From an uncultured delta proteobacterium (lineage in GTDB: Bacteria > Myxococcota > Myxococcia > Myxococcales > Anaeromyxobacteraceae), in assembly GCA_963845515.1 (NCBI GenBank), contig CAWJSR010000036.1, forward strand, positions 1-32,838: a DNA stretch of 32,838 bases, written 5' to 3'. Below the pieces are notes generated by a model. The model was not told the origin of the DNA. It did no database searches and was given only the letters and a program-made list of their open reading frames with translations. Positions 1 to 10,905 of the stretch are shown here, piece by piece. The position numbers were made by a program, and so were the translations under genes. Position 1 is the stretch's first letter, and the number at the start of each line of letters is the position of its first letter.

Positions 1-1472
1 TCCGCTGTATCCTGGCCCACCTACGCCTGGCACTTCCCACCTCCTCCCCGCCTCTTCTCCCGCGGGCTGGCGAGCGGTCGCGCGCGCGCGCGGCGTCGTC
101 GAGGGAGGCCTTCGCGCCAACCCACATGCTCTCGCGCGCTGCGGACATCGTGGCAGGGTCCCTCTCATGGCGAATCGCCGCCAGCGGCCGGCGCGCGCGT
201 TCGCGGTTGCAACGGCCATCCTCCCTACGCTGCCAGCTCGCCGACAAATCGGTGGTGGCGAATCACAACGCGGGTCTCCGCCGCCGCGTCGATGATTCAG
301 TGCGGCCTTCAGGCCGACAAGGCGGTCGCGTGGGACTACCCCTGCGGCGTCTTTATCTCCCACGGCGTCGCGGTCAAGGTCTCCCGAAGCGCCGCCCCAA
401 CCGTCGTCTACGCCGGAGCGCCATCGCTTCCAAGGGTGCTTACACGGATTTCGTCGCCGGGGTGGAGCGATGCCGCCGCACTGCCGCGCGCGTTCGACTC
501 GGCGCCGTGTGGGCGCGGCCCGCTGCGCGCGACGATTGCCGCCCACCCCGGGGTGTTCGCGCCGGGCCGGCCTGGAGTCGCGGGTGCGTCCCCCGAGCGA
601 CGAGATCGGGGCGGATGCGGACGCCTGGGCCGTGGTGGTCCCCACGCGACCGGAATACCCGGAGGCGCTTCCACCGGCCACTGCCGAGGCGCTGACGACG
701 CGAACTCCGGGGTAGTCCTCAGCGACCACCCGATTCTTCGCGGGCTACTTCCGCGGGACGGCCGGCACCCGGTTCAGTTCCGGTGGCGACTTCCGGGGCC
801 CCCCCGCGGTGGTCTCTGCGGCGGACGCAACCGCCTACCGAGAGGACTCGGAGGAGGTGCGGCGACGTGGAGCCGCCTTCAGGTCGAAACCAAAGTCCAC
901 CACGCGCGCGGGCGCGAGCATGGGAGTTCCCTTCGAGCCGCGGCTCGACGGCGTAAGGGGGCCCGATCGCGATCCGGGCATTGACGAGGTGGCCACGTGC
1001 AACTGCGGGGACAACCTAGGCTTGCACAGAGCCGCGCCGGGGTCGTGGCGACCACGGCTCGGCGTCTGGCGGAGGATGCGCCGGGCCCGCGCCCAGCCTC
1101 GGTTCACCGTTCACCGGCTCCTGTGGTAGCCGTGGCGGTTCTTCCTCCACGTCGAGATCCCCACGTCCGCGCGCGTGCCGCTCGTTCACCCGTACAACGT
1201 CCGACTGCGCCCAGCTCGGCGAGGACTGTTCGCTCTTCCACGAGGTCACCGTAGGCACCGGTCCAAGTCCTGGCATGCCTCGTATCGGAACGGGGTCTCG
1301 CGCTCTTCGTCGGCTCCCGTGTCCTCGGCGGGGTCGAAGTAGGCGACGGGACGGAGGTGGGCGCCAACTGCGTCGTCACAAGGCTCCCGCCGGGGTCAAT
1401 GTTGCCGACGCCCTGTCGGGGCCTTCCCCAAGCCCCCATGCGCGTCACCAAGGAGGGCACAAGTGCCAGGTG
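1..1472 (+). pseudogene. Corrupted mirror copies of the GT4 gene (3' part) and the O-acetyltransferase gene; probable artefact
   Basis: Fragments such as CGLQADKAVAWDYP, WAVVVPTRPEYPEALP and MPRIGTG match the genes at 8368-9597 and 7835-8371 but are scattered over several frames. Confidence 0.8.
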
Positions 1473-3179
1473 ATGACCACATTGGCCGAAGCCGACCAGC
1501 TCGTTGGCGCCGCGCTCTGCGTGGCATGGGGCTCGCGACGCTTGGGCTGGCGTGGGGTTCGCGACGCAGGGACCAGCGACGCGCGCGTCACCACCGACGC
1601 CCGCCAGGAGAGTCCTCCAGTTGGGAGTGAACCTGGAGGGAGTGGCGGACTGGACGCCGCAGCGGTTGCCCACCTGATCAAGCAGGGGCGCGCCTGGAAC
1701 GTCATCGGCAGCCTCTCGACCCCCGCCCCCGTCGACGCCAACGGCTGGCCCACCGCTGACGCCCAGATCGTCGTCGCCACCCCGCGATGGTGGCGCGGAC
1801 CGAGCCCTACAAGCTCTCCTTCGTCGGCAACGCCACCGTCTCGGCGCTCGGCGGCACGATCGCCAACAAGGCCTACGACGCCGCAACCAACACCACCACC
1901 GCCGACGTCTTCATCGACGGCGTCGCGACCCAGCCCAGCCCCACCTCAACGACAACTTCTTCCTCTCCTTCTCCGGCCAGCCAGGCGGAGTGAAGCAGGT
2001 CCGACTTCTCCGCCCCGGCCACGCCCCCTCGGACATCTTCTCCCGCGACCTCCTCGCCCGCATCTCCTGGTTCTCCACCCTGCGCCTCATCGCCTTCCTC
2101 GGCCCAGGCAACAGCCAGGTGACCGCCAACACCGACCGTGAGTGGTCCGACCGCGGCCTCCCCGGCTACTCCGTCCAGACAGTCGACGCCCCCGCCTGGG
2201 AGTACGTCACCCTCCTCGCCAACGCCGCGAAGAAGGACCTCTGGATCGGCATCCCCTACTACGCCAGCGACGACTACATCACCAAGCTCGCCCAGCTCTT
2301 CAAGTACGGCTCCGACGGCGTCAACCCCTACACCTCACCCAGGCAAGCCCCGTCTACCCTCCGCTCGCCCCCGACCGGAAGGTCTACTTCGAGTTCTCGA
2401 ACGAGATCTGGAACTACGTCTACCCGACCACCGCCCAGAACGTCACCGACACCGAGGCCGAGGTAGCCGCAGGCGACCCCCACCACCTCGCCTACGCTCC
2501 CGGCAACCGCTACGAGCTGGGCTGGCGACGCGTCGGCTGGCTCGTCCTCCGCACCAGCAACATCTTCCGCTCGGTCTTCGGCGACGCCGAGATGATGACC
2601 CGCGTCCGCCCAGTCCTGGCCCGCCAGCTCGTCAACTACGACACCTACGACCAGCCACTCAACTACCTCAACGCCGTCTTCGGCCCCGGCAACGCCTACG
2701 GCAACCCCGGCCACCCCATCAGCTACTACCTCTACGGGATCGCCGGCGCCCCCTACTTCAGCAACGCCGACGCCGACGTCGGCCGTCAGGACCTCACCGT
2801 CGACACGATCTTCCCCTCCATCGAGGTCCACCTCGCCACCGTCATCTACCCTGCCATCGACAGGCTCGTGTCGAAGGCCGCCCAGTGGGGCATCGTCCCC
2901 GTGGGCTACGAGGGCGGCCAGGGGCTCGTTCCACAGCAGGGCAGCGGCGCCGCCAAGCTCGCCGCGCAGATGGACCCGCGCATGACGACGGCCACTCTCG
3001 AGGTGCTGGACTACTGGACCGCCGCCGGCGGAGGCGTGCTGAACTACTACACGCTCGCCAGCCAGTGGGGAGACTACGGCTACTGGGGCCTCTCCACCGA
3101 CATCACCTCGGAGGCCACGCCGAAGTGGGACGCGTTGAAGAAGTCGTGTGCGCACGGGAAAGGAGGGCGCGGCTCATGA
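1462..3179 (+). pseudogene. Mirror copy of the secreted GH-A-like gene; the central part is nearly intact and differs from the right-arm copy
   Basis: ORFs 1787-1993, 1990-2466 and 2142-3179 encode consecutive pieces (YFEFSNEIWNY...YEGGQGL...WGLSTDITSEATPKW) of the protein at 6108-7845. Confidence 0.75.
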
Positions 3180-4601
3180 CCGCTGTCGGGGAGTCGGCTC
3201 CCCGAGGAACATACTCGCGCGCGCCGCTGGTGCCGTTCCCGCCGGCCTCGGCGCAGCGCATTCGGCAGATCGGCTGCGGCGGGGCGCCTTCGCGAGGCGG
3301 CGAGGAGTTGGCGCCGGGGGTGCGAGTATGCCGGGCGTGGAGCCAACCCGGCGACGTGGGGTGCCGCGCGCAGGAATCCGCTCATCGAGGAGCCGTGTCC
3401 CTGGGTGTGCTTCGTGGCGAGGCATCTGCGTCGTCCTCCAATGATGTGTTCTTCCAGCACCTGCAAGAAGGTGCCCTCCAGACACGCGCTTGCTCCTGCT
3501 TCCCGCCGGCCACGTCGTCGCTTCAGTCGCCCGACATCCGCTGCTTCCCGTACCTCTATCGGCTCGCGTGGCTGGGGGAGCTAGAGTACGAGGACCGTAA
3601 GCTGGCCGTGCTCGACCGCACCCCTGCGGCTCTTCACGCCGCGGAGCATTGGGCGGCTCTTCCTCCGCCAGGGTTACGTGGTCCGGACGATACGCGGCAT
3701 CAACAGCTTCCTCACGCGAGGCGAGTCGCGTCCTTCTACGTCCTGAACCTCACGCTCGGGGCGCTTCAGGGACGCGCGCTACAGCCACATTCGTGGTCGT
3801 CGCGGAGCGCGAGCCTTGAGCGCTGCGGCGAGCCCGTCCCCAGCTACCTCGGCAAGCCCCGGCCGAGCCGCGGCTAGAGGTCGCCTGCAACCTGCGCCGG
3901 CGGTGAGTACCCACCGTCCTCTTCGAGGCGGGCGTGGCAGGCTCACGGATCGTGCGCTGCCGCCGCTGCGGCCTCATGTACGCCAGCCGCGCGGCCCGCC
4001 GATCACGTCGCCATCGCGTCGTGGGGCGACGCACCCGGCGTGGGACTTCGCGCGCGAGCACCCCACAGCGCTTCGAGAAGGAGCGACTCCAGCTACCGCG
4101 ACTACGCAGTGGGAGCGCGGGCGCTCCTCGGCCGCTGCCCCTGAGGCGCGGCACGCTCGTCGAGGTGGGCAGCAGCCTCGGCTTCATCCTCGGCCTCTTC
4201 CGCCGGGACGGCTGGGACGTCCTGGGCGTCGAGCCGGAACGCCACCCGCCACGCGGCGAGCGGCGGCTCCGGCATCCGGGTGCTCACCTCGACGTCTTTG
4301 AGGAGGCTCGCCTTCCTGACGGGCTGGCCGATGCCAGGGCTGACGTGCACGTGATGCGGGAGGTCTACCGGGTGTGAAGCCGGGGGCCACCCGATACTGG
4401 AGACGCCTCGCTACGACACGCTCTGCTTCCGCGCCCTGGGGCGCCGGGAGCGGAGCCTCAGCTGCGACGGCCACATCTTCTTCTTCACGTCGGACGCTGC
4501 GGCGGACGCGGGCTCTTCCAGTGGTCCGCAGCTGAGCTGCGGTGGCGCTCGCTGAACCAACGTCGGCGTCATGGCTAAGAGCCCGGCCCTCCAGCGCGCG
4601 A
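3176..4601 (+). pseudogene. Corrupted mirror copies of the two methyltransferase genes; probable artefact
   Basis: Fragments IRCFPYLYRLAWLGELEYED, RIVRCRRCGLMYAS and TLVEVGSSLGFILGLF match the genes at 5456-6118 and 4602-5459, with many indels. Confidence 0.8.
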
Positions 4602-5459
4602 GGCCGACGCCATCGCGCGCTGGAGGGCCGGGCTCTTAGCCATGACGCCGACGTTGTAGAGGAGGCGGTCGAGCGTCAGCGAGCGCCACGGCAGCTCGCT
4701 GCGGACCAGCTCGAGGCCCGCGCGCTCGCACGTCCGCCGCAGCGTCTCCGAGGTGAAGAAGAAGATGTGGCCGTCGCAGCTGAGGCTCCGCTCCCGGCGC
4801 CCCAGGGTCCGGAAGGCGAGCGTGTCGTAGCGAGGCGTCTCCAGGATCAGGTGGCCCCCGGGCTTCAGCACGCGGTGGACCTCCCGCAGCGTGCCGAGCG
4901 GATCCGGCACGTGCTCGATCACGTGCAGCATCAGCATGGCATCGGCCAGCCCGTCGGGGAGGCGAGCCTCCTCGAGCGTCGAGGTGAGCACCCGGATGCC
5001 GAGTCGCCGCTCCGCGTGGCGGGTGGCGTTCCGGTCTGGCTCCACGCCCAGGACGTCCCAACCGTCCCGGCGGAAGAGGCCGAGGATGAAGCCGAGGCTG
5101 CTGCCCACCTCGACGAGCGTGCCGCGCGCCGGGTGGAGGCGGCCGAGGAGCGCCCGCGTCCGCACGTAGTCGCGGATCTGGAGTTGCTCCTTCTCGAACC
5201 GCTGTGGGTGCTCGCGCGCGAAGTCCCACTCCGGATCGTCGGCCCACGACGCGATGGCGACGTGATCGGCGGGCCGGCGCGGGCTCGCGTACATGAGGCC
5301 GCAGCGGCGGCAGCGCACGATCCGGTTGACCTGTGCCACGCCCGCCTCGAAGAGGACGGTGAGGTCTTCACCGCCGCACAGGTTGCAGGCAACCTCTAGC
5401 CGCGGCTCGGCCGGGGCTTCGAGGGTGGCGACTGGGGACGGGCTCGCCGCAGCGCTCAA
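4602..5459 (-). CDS. Class I SAM-dependent methyltransferase with N-terminal Cys4 zinc ribbon; 3' end truncated at the fold-back
   Basis: Contains CNLC...CRRC, the motif I variant LVEVGSSLG, HVIEHVPDP and VLKPGGHLILETP. The TTG start overlaps the upstream TGA. The last ORF codons (to 4575) come from the mirrored arm. Confidence 0.88.
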
Positions 5460-6118
5460 GGCTCACGCTCCGCGACGACCACGATCTGGCTGTAGCGCGC
5501 GTCCCTGAAGCGCCCGAGCGTCAAGAGGTTCAGGACGTGGAGGGACGCAGACTCGCCTCGCGTGAGGAAGCTGTTGATGCCGCGTATCGTCCGGACCACG
5601 TAACCCTGGCGGAGGAAGAGCCGCCGAATGCTCCGCGGCGTGAAGAGCCGCAGGTGGGTGCGGTCGAGCACGCCAGCGTCCTCGTACTCTAGCTCCCCCA
5701 GCCACGCGAGCCGATAGAGGTACGGGAAGCAGCGGATGTTGGGGACTGAAGCGACGACGTGGCCGCCGGGAAGCAGGAGCAGGCGCGTGTCATGGAGGGC
5801 ACCTTCCGGATCTTGCAGGTGCTCGAGCACGTCATTGAAGACGACGCAGTCGAACGCCTCGCCACGAAGCGCCGCCGGGGCGAACGGTCCCTCGATGAGC
5901 CGGTCCACCGCCTTGCGCGCGGCACCCCACGTCGCCGGGTTGGGCTCCACGCCCCAGTACTCGCACCCACGCGACTCCTTCACCAGCCTCGCGAAGGCGC
6001 CCACGCCGCAGCCGACCTCCAGGATGCGCTTCGCCGACGCCGGCAGGAACGGCAGCATCTCCGAGCGCGCGCGTGAGTAGTATGTTCCTGCGGCGGCCGG
6101 CTTCGCCTCAGCGTCCAT
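5456..6118 (-). CDS. Class I SAM-dependent methyltransferase (Methyltransf_23-like)
   Basis: ILEVGCGVG, FDCVVFNDVLEHLQDP, LLPGGHVVASVPN, LDRTHLRLFT. Confidence 0.92.
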   Translation of the reverse strand: MDAEAKPAAAGTYYSRARSEMLPFLPASAKRILEVGCGVGAFARLVKESRGCEYWGVEPNPATWGAARKAVDRLIEGPFAPAALRGEAFDCVVFNDVLEHLQDPEGALHDTRLLLLPGGHVVASVPNIRCFPYLYRLAWLGELEYEDAGVLDRTHLRLFTPRSIRRLFLRQGYVVRTIRGINSFLTRGESASLHVLNLLTLGRFRDARYSQIVVVAEREP

Positions 6119-7845
6119 GAGCCGCGCCCTCCTTTCCCGAGCGCCGCGCGGCCTTCTTGATCGCGTCCCACTTGGGCGTGGCCTCCGAGGTGATGTCGGT
6201 GGAGAGGCCCCAGTAGCCGTGGCTCCCCCACTGGCTGGCGAGCGTGTAGTAGTTCAGCACGCCGCCGCCGGCGGTGGTCCAGTAGTCCAGCACCTCGAGG
6301 GTGGCCGTCGTCATGCGCGGGTCCATCTGCGCGGCGAGCTTGGCGGCGCCGCTGCCCTGCTGTGGAACGAGCCCCTGGCCGCCCTCGTAGCCGAGGGGGA
6401 CGATGCCCTACTTGGCGGCCTTCGACGACGAGCCTGTCGATGGCGGGGTAGATGTAGGTGTCGGGTAGGTCTCATGGACGGGAAGACCTGGTCGACGGTG
6501 AGGTCCTGACGGCCGACGTCGGGGTCGGCGGGTTGAAGTAGGGGGCGCCGGCGATCCCGTAGAGGTAGTAGCTGATGGGGTGGCCGGGGTTTCCGTAGGC
6601 GTTGCCGGTTGCCGAAGACGGCGTTGATGTAGTTGAGGGGCTGGTCGAAGGTGTCGTAGCGGACGAGCTGGCGGGCGAGGACGGGGCGGACGCGGGTCAT
6701 CATCTCGGCGTCGCCGAAGACCGAGCGGAAGATGTTGCTGGTGCGGAGGACGAGCCAGCCGACGCGGCGCCAGCCGAGCTCCCAGCATGTTGCCGGGAGT
6801 GTAGGCGAGGTGGTGTGGGTCTCCTGCGGCGACCTCGGCCTGGGAGTCGGCGTCGTTCTGGGCGGTGGTCGGGTAGACGTAGTTCCAGATCTCGTTCGAG
6901 AACTCGAAGTAGAGCTTCCGGTCGGCTGGCGAGCGGAGGATAGACGGGGTTGGTCTGCTGGGAGGTGTAGGGGTTGACGCCGTCGGAGCCGTACTTGAAG
7001 AGCTGGGCGAGCTTGGTGATGTAGTCGTCGCTGGCGTAGTAGGGGATGCCGATCCAGACGTCCTTCTTCGCGGCGTTGGCGAGGAGGGTGACGAACTCCC
7101 AGGCGGGGGCGTCGACGGTCTGGAGGGAGTAGCCGGGGAGGCCGCGGTCGGACCACTCACGGTCGGTGTTGGCGGTCACCTGGCTGTTGCCTGGGCCGAG
7201 GAAGGCGATGAGGCGCAGGGTGGAGAACCAGGAGATGCGGGCGAGGAGGTCGCGGGAGAAGATCTCCGAGGGGGCGTGGCCGGGGCGGAGAAGTCGGACC
7301 TGCTTCACTCCGCCTGGCTGGCCGGAGAAGGAGAGGAAGAAGTTGTCGTTGAGGTGGGGCTGGGCTGGGTCCGACGCCGTGATGAAGACGTCGGCGGTGG
7401 TGGTGTTGGTGGCGGCGTCGTAGGCCTTGTTGGCGATCGTGCCGCCGAGCGCCGAGACGGTGGCGTTGCCGACGAAGGAGAGCTTGTAGGGCTCGGTCCG
7501 CGCCACCATCGCGGGCGGGGTGGCGACGACGATCTGGGCGTCAGCGGTGGGCCAGCCGTTGGCGTCGACGGGGGCGGGGGTCGAGAGGCTGCCGATGACG
7601 TTCCAGGCGCGCCCCTGCTTGATCAGGTCGGCGAAGAACGGCTGCGGCGTCCAGTCCGCCACTCCCTCCAGGTTCACTCCCAACTGGAGGACTCTCCTGG
7701 CGGGCGTCGGTGGTGACGCGCGCGTCGTTGGTCCCTGCGTCGCGAACCCCAGCGCCAAGAGCCCAAGCGTCGCGAGCCCCATCACGCAGAGCGCGGCGCC
7801 CGAGGTCGCGCATCGGCTTCGGCCAATGTGGTCATCACCTGGCAC
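6108..7845 (-). CDS. Secreted ~580-aa putative glycoside hydrolase-like (clan GH-A type TIM barrel) protein; frameshifted in this assembly
   Basis: GTG start behind AAGGAGG and a hydrophobic N-terminal segment. Motifs GVNLEGVADW, DANGWP, WIGIPYYASDDY, YFEFSNEIWN and YEGGQ run across ORFs 6700-7845, 6408-7160, 6311-7156 and 6108-6326. Shifts lie at about 6927, 6785, 6609, 6531 and 6410-6475. Confidence 0.65.
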
Positions 7846-8371
7846 CTGTGCCCTCCTTGGTGACGCGCATCAGGGCCTTGGGGAAGGCCCGACAGGGCGT
7901 CGGGGCGACGATTGACCCCGGCGGGACGCTGTTCGTGACGACACAGTTGGCGCCCACCTCCGTCCCGTCGCCTACTTCGACCCCGCCGAGGACACGGGAG
8001 CCGACGAAGAGCGCGACCCCGTTCCCGATACGAGGCATGCCAGGACTTGGACCGGTGCCTACGGTGACCTCGTGGAAGAGCGAACAGTCCTCGCCGAGCT
8101 GGGCGCCAGGGCCTATCAGGACGTTGTACGGGTGAACGAGCAGCACGCCTGGGCCGATGCGCGCGGACGTGGGGATCTCGACGTGGAGGAAGAACCGCCA
8201 CGGCTGCCGCAGGAACCAGTAGACGATCTGGACCGGAAGCCGCAGCAGGAGCGGGAGAGTCCTCGCCCAGACGCCGAAGCGGTAGGTCGCCACGACCCAG
8301 AAGCCCAGGTTCCTGTGCCAACCTCCGTATGCCGCATAGGCAGCCGCGTCCCTGGTCATCTCCCGGATCAC
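7835..8371 (-). CDS. Serine O-acetyltransferase-like hexapeptide-repeat acyltransferase (CysE/WcaB family)
   Basis: VEIPTSARIGPGVLLVHPYNVLIGPGAQLGEDCSLFHEVTVG...PRIGNGVALFVGSRVLGGVEVGDGTEVGANCVV. The GTG at 8371 overlaps the upstream stop (GTGA). Confidence 0.9.
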   Translation of the reverse strand: MIREMTRDAAAYAAYGGWHRNLGFWVVATYRFGVWARTLPLLLRLPVQIVYWFLRQPWRFFLHVEIPTSARIGPGVLLVHPYNVLIGPGAQLGEDCSLFHEVTVGTGPSPGMPRIGNGVALFVGSRVLGGVEVGDGTEVGANCVVTNSVPPGSIVAPTPCRAFPKALMRVTKEGTGAR

Positions 8372-9597
8372 GATGGGCCCCCTTGCGCCGTCGAGCCGCG
8401 GCTCGAAGGGAACTCCCATGCTCGCGCCAGCCGCTCGAGCACGTGGTGGAACTTGGTTTCGACCTGAAGGCGGCTCCACGTCGCCGCAGTTCCCTCCGAG
8501 TCCTCTCGGTAGGCGGTTGCGTCCGCCATCAGCTCGAGGAGGACCGCCGCAAGGCTCCGGAAGTCGCCAGCCCGGAAGAACCGGGTGCCGGCCGTCCCGC
8601 GGAAGTAGCCCGCGAAGATCGGGTGGTCGCTGAGGACTACCGGAGTTCGCGTCGTCAGCGCCTCGGTGATGACCAGTGGAAGCGCCTCCGGGTATTCCGG
8701 TCGCGTGGGGACCACCACGGCCCAGGCGTCCCGCATCCGGCGAAGGATCTCGTCGCTGGGGAGCACGCCCGCGACCTCCAGCCAGCCGGCGCGAACACCG
8801 GGGTGGGCGGCGATCGTCGCGCGCAGCGGGCCGTCGCCACACAGCACGAGTCGAACGCGCGCGGCAGTGCGGCGGCATCGCTCCACCCCGGCGACGAGAT
8901 CCATGACGCCCTTGGAAGCGATGAGCATCCCGGCGTAGACGACGGTTAGGGGGCCGCGCTCCGGGAGAACCTTGACCGCGACGCCGTGGGGATCAAGCGC
9001 CGCAGGGTAGTCCCACGCGACCGCCTTGTCGGCCTGAAGGCCGCACTCGATCATCGACGCGGTGGCGACCGCGTTGTGATTCGCCACCACGAAGACGTTG
9101 GGCGCGTTCGCGAGCTGGCAGTACTTCAGGTTGGGAGGATGGCCGTTGTCGAACCGCGACGCGAGGACCACGCCAGTCGGTAGCTGGCGGCGATTCGCCC
9201 ATGAGAGGACCCTGCAGCCCACGATGTCGGCAGCGCGCAAGAGCATGTGGGTTGGCGCGAAGGCCTCGATGACCTCGACGACGCCGCGCGCGCGCGCGAC
9301 GGCTCGCCACCGGCCGGGAAGCCAGGCGGGGAGGAGGTCGGGAATCCCCACGTAGGTGGCAGGGCCGTCGCGGACGGTGACGGCAGGGGCGTCAAGGCTG
9401 ACGACCAGGTGCGGGATCCCGGCCGCCATCCGCTCGAAGGACGAGACTGAGTACCGCTGGCCGCCATAGGTCTCGGCGAGACCGGAAGCGAGTCGGGCGT
9501 GAGCGCCGCCGAAGTCCCCGTGCTGGACACAGGCGAGCCGGATGGACGCGGCGGGGTCGGTGAGCGCTCGCTCTGGCTGGCGGAGGGACGTGCTCAA
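8368..9597 (-). CDS. Glycosyltransferase family 4 (GT-B)
   Basis: Contains VVYAGMLIASKGV, LVLCGDGPL and EALPLVITEAL (EX7E motif). The start is inferred at TTG 9597, which overlaps the GT2 stop; the ORF extension to 10410 is spurious. Confidence 0.88.
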   Translation of the reverse strand: MSTSLRQPERALTDPAASIRLACVQHGDFGGAHARLASGLAETYGGQRYSVSSFERMAAGIPHLVVSLDAPAVTVRDGPATYVGIPDLLPAWLPGRWRAVARARGVVEVIEAFAPTHMLLRAADIVGCRVLSWANRRQLPTGVVLASRFDNGHPPNLKYCQLANAPNVFVVANHNAVATASMIECGLQADKAVAWDYPAALDPHGVAVKVLPERGPLTVVYAGMLIASKGVMDLVAGVERCRRTAARVRLVLCGDGPLRATIAAHPGVRAGWLEVAGVLPSDEILRRMRDAWAVVVPTRPEYPEALPLVITEALTTRTPVVLSDHPIFAGYFRGTAGTRFFRAGDFRSLAAVLLELMADATAYREDSEGTAATWSRLQVETKFHHVLERLARAWEFPSSRGSTAQGGPS

Positions 9598-10790
9598 CGG
9601 CTGCTCCCGCGCTGCGTTCGCACCCAGGCTCCCGACGGGTGCTCGGAGGAATCCAGCGAGATGCCGATCTTCCAGGCGAGGTACGCCGGCGCGTGCAGCA
9701 GCGCAGCGAGCCCCCTCACCCCCGTCCCCGAGAGCCACCAGCCGGCCGCGACGTGGACGAAGAGCGCGGCGAGGCTCAGCCCCCACGGCCACGCCGCCCA
9801 AAGGGTGCGCTCCGCGAGCGCGGATCCGATCGCCGTGCCGGCGACCCCCGCGACGGCCATCAGTCCGAGCCGGGCGAGCGGTGGGACCAGGAGGTCGAGC
9901 CCGAGGTCGAAGAGGACCGGGTCGCGAGCCGCCACGGCGCGGCGCAGGAGGGTGCGCGCGTGCGTCCGCGCCAACGCGCGCCTCCCGACTTCCCAGCGCA
10001 GGCGCTGCGGTCCGGAGCCGCGGGCAGTCGCGAGCGCGTCCGCACGGACCGAGGCCTCTGGCGCGAAGTGAACCCGGTGTCCGGCGAGCCCGAGCCGGAG
10101 CCCGTACTCGAGGTCCTCCACGATCGAGAAGGCGTCCTGAGGCACGTCGCGCAGCACGGAGGCGGCGAAGCACATGCCGGTGCCGTGAAGTCCGGCGGAG
10201 AGTCCCAGGCGCTCGCGCCCGCGCGGCCGGAGGACGTTCACCAGGGCGAACGCGACGGCCATGAGCGCCGTTCGCCAGGAGGCGTGCGGGTTCCCCACGA
10301 CGTACGCGGACTGGACGGCCAGGGCGCCTTCGTCCAGGCACGCCGCGAAGGCGGCCAGGATGTTGGGCGTGACGAGGCAGTCGGCGTCCACGACGACGAC
10401 TGCCTCGCACCTCCCCTCCGAGAGGATCCGGTCGAAGGCGAAGGCGAGGGCGTAGCCCTTGCCTCGCCGCTCAGGGTCGGTCCGGACGAGGACGGTGGCG
10501 CCTGCATCCTTCGCGCGAGCGGCGGTCGCGTCGGAGCAGTTGTCCGCGACGACGAGAATACGCCGCAGCGAGGCGGGGTAGCAGACCTCGCTCAGGCTGC
10601 CCACCGTCGCTGCGATTCCTTCCTCCTCGTCGTGCGCCGGGACGACGATGTCGAAGCGCAGGTGCGGCGCGCGCCCTCGCTTCGGGTGCAACCCGAAGGA
10701 GAAGAGCGTGAGGACGAGGAGGTAGCCGGACGCGAGCGCCACGGGGAACGCCGCCAGCGCGAGCGCAACGTCGAGAGCTGCGACCAGCAT
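9594..10790 (-). CDS. Glycosyltransferase family 2, membrane-bound
   Basis: Contains IVVPAHDEE, VVADNCSD, GKGYAL, VVVDAD, IVED and QRLRW, with TM helices at both ends. GGAGG precedes the ATG at 10790. Confidence 0.93.
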   Translation of the reverse strand: MLVAALDVALALAAFPVALASGYLLVLTLFSFGLHPKRGRAPHLRFDIVVPAHDEEEGIAATVGSLSEVCYPASLRRILVVADNCSDATAARAKDAGATVLVRTDPERRGKGYALAFAFDRILSEGRCEAVVVVDADCLVTPNILAAFAACLDEGALAVQSAYVVGNPHASWRTALMAVAFALVNVLRPRGRERLGLSAGLHGTGMCFAASVLRDVPQDAFSIVEDLEYGLRLGLAGHRVHFAPEASVRADALATARGSGPQRLRWEVGRRALARTHARTLLRRAVAARDPVLFDLGLDLLVPPLARLGLMAVAGVAGTAIGSALAERTLWAAWPWGLSLAALFVHVAAGWWLSGTGVRGLAALLHAPAYLAWKIGISLDSSEHPSGAWVRTQRGSSR

Positions 10791-10905
10791 CTGCCCTCCC
10801 CCGCACGTCACTCTACACGGCGCGTTCCCGAGCGGCGTTCAGCGGGCGTGTGAAACCCGAAAGGATGTCCCCCTGACGGGACGACGGCAGCCGCGTCGTG
10901 CCTGA

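Larger units (their letters stand above)
1..9374. repeat. Long inverted repeat/fold-back: left arm 1-4601, loop 4602-4612, right arm 4613-~9374
   Basis: 4558-4601 (CAACGTCGGCGTCATGGCTAAGAGCCCGGCCCTCCAGCGCGCGA) is the exact reverse complement of 4613-4656. Base 1 onward aligns to the reverse complement of ~9374 downward. The left arm is full of small indels, mostly deletions. Confidence 0.97.

Noticed and set aside
4558..4656. Hairpin as a terminator, protelomerase site or transposon end
   Set aside because: It lies mid-CDS, is the axis of the whole mirror, has no U-tract, and no protelomerase or transposase is present.
6108..7845. Programmed frameshifting or true pseudogenisation of the GH-like gene
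   Set aside because: No slippery sites are evident, and the shifts coincide with positions where the two copies differ, pointing to consensus error.
8368..10410. 680-aa ORF as a GT fusion
   Set aside because: The N-terminal 271 codons are an Arg/Pro-rich off-frame reading of the GT2 gene.
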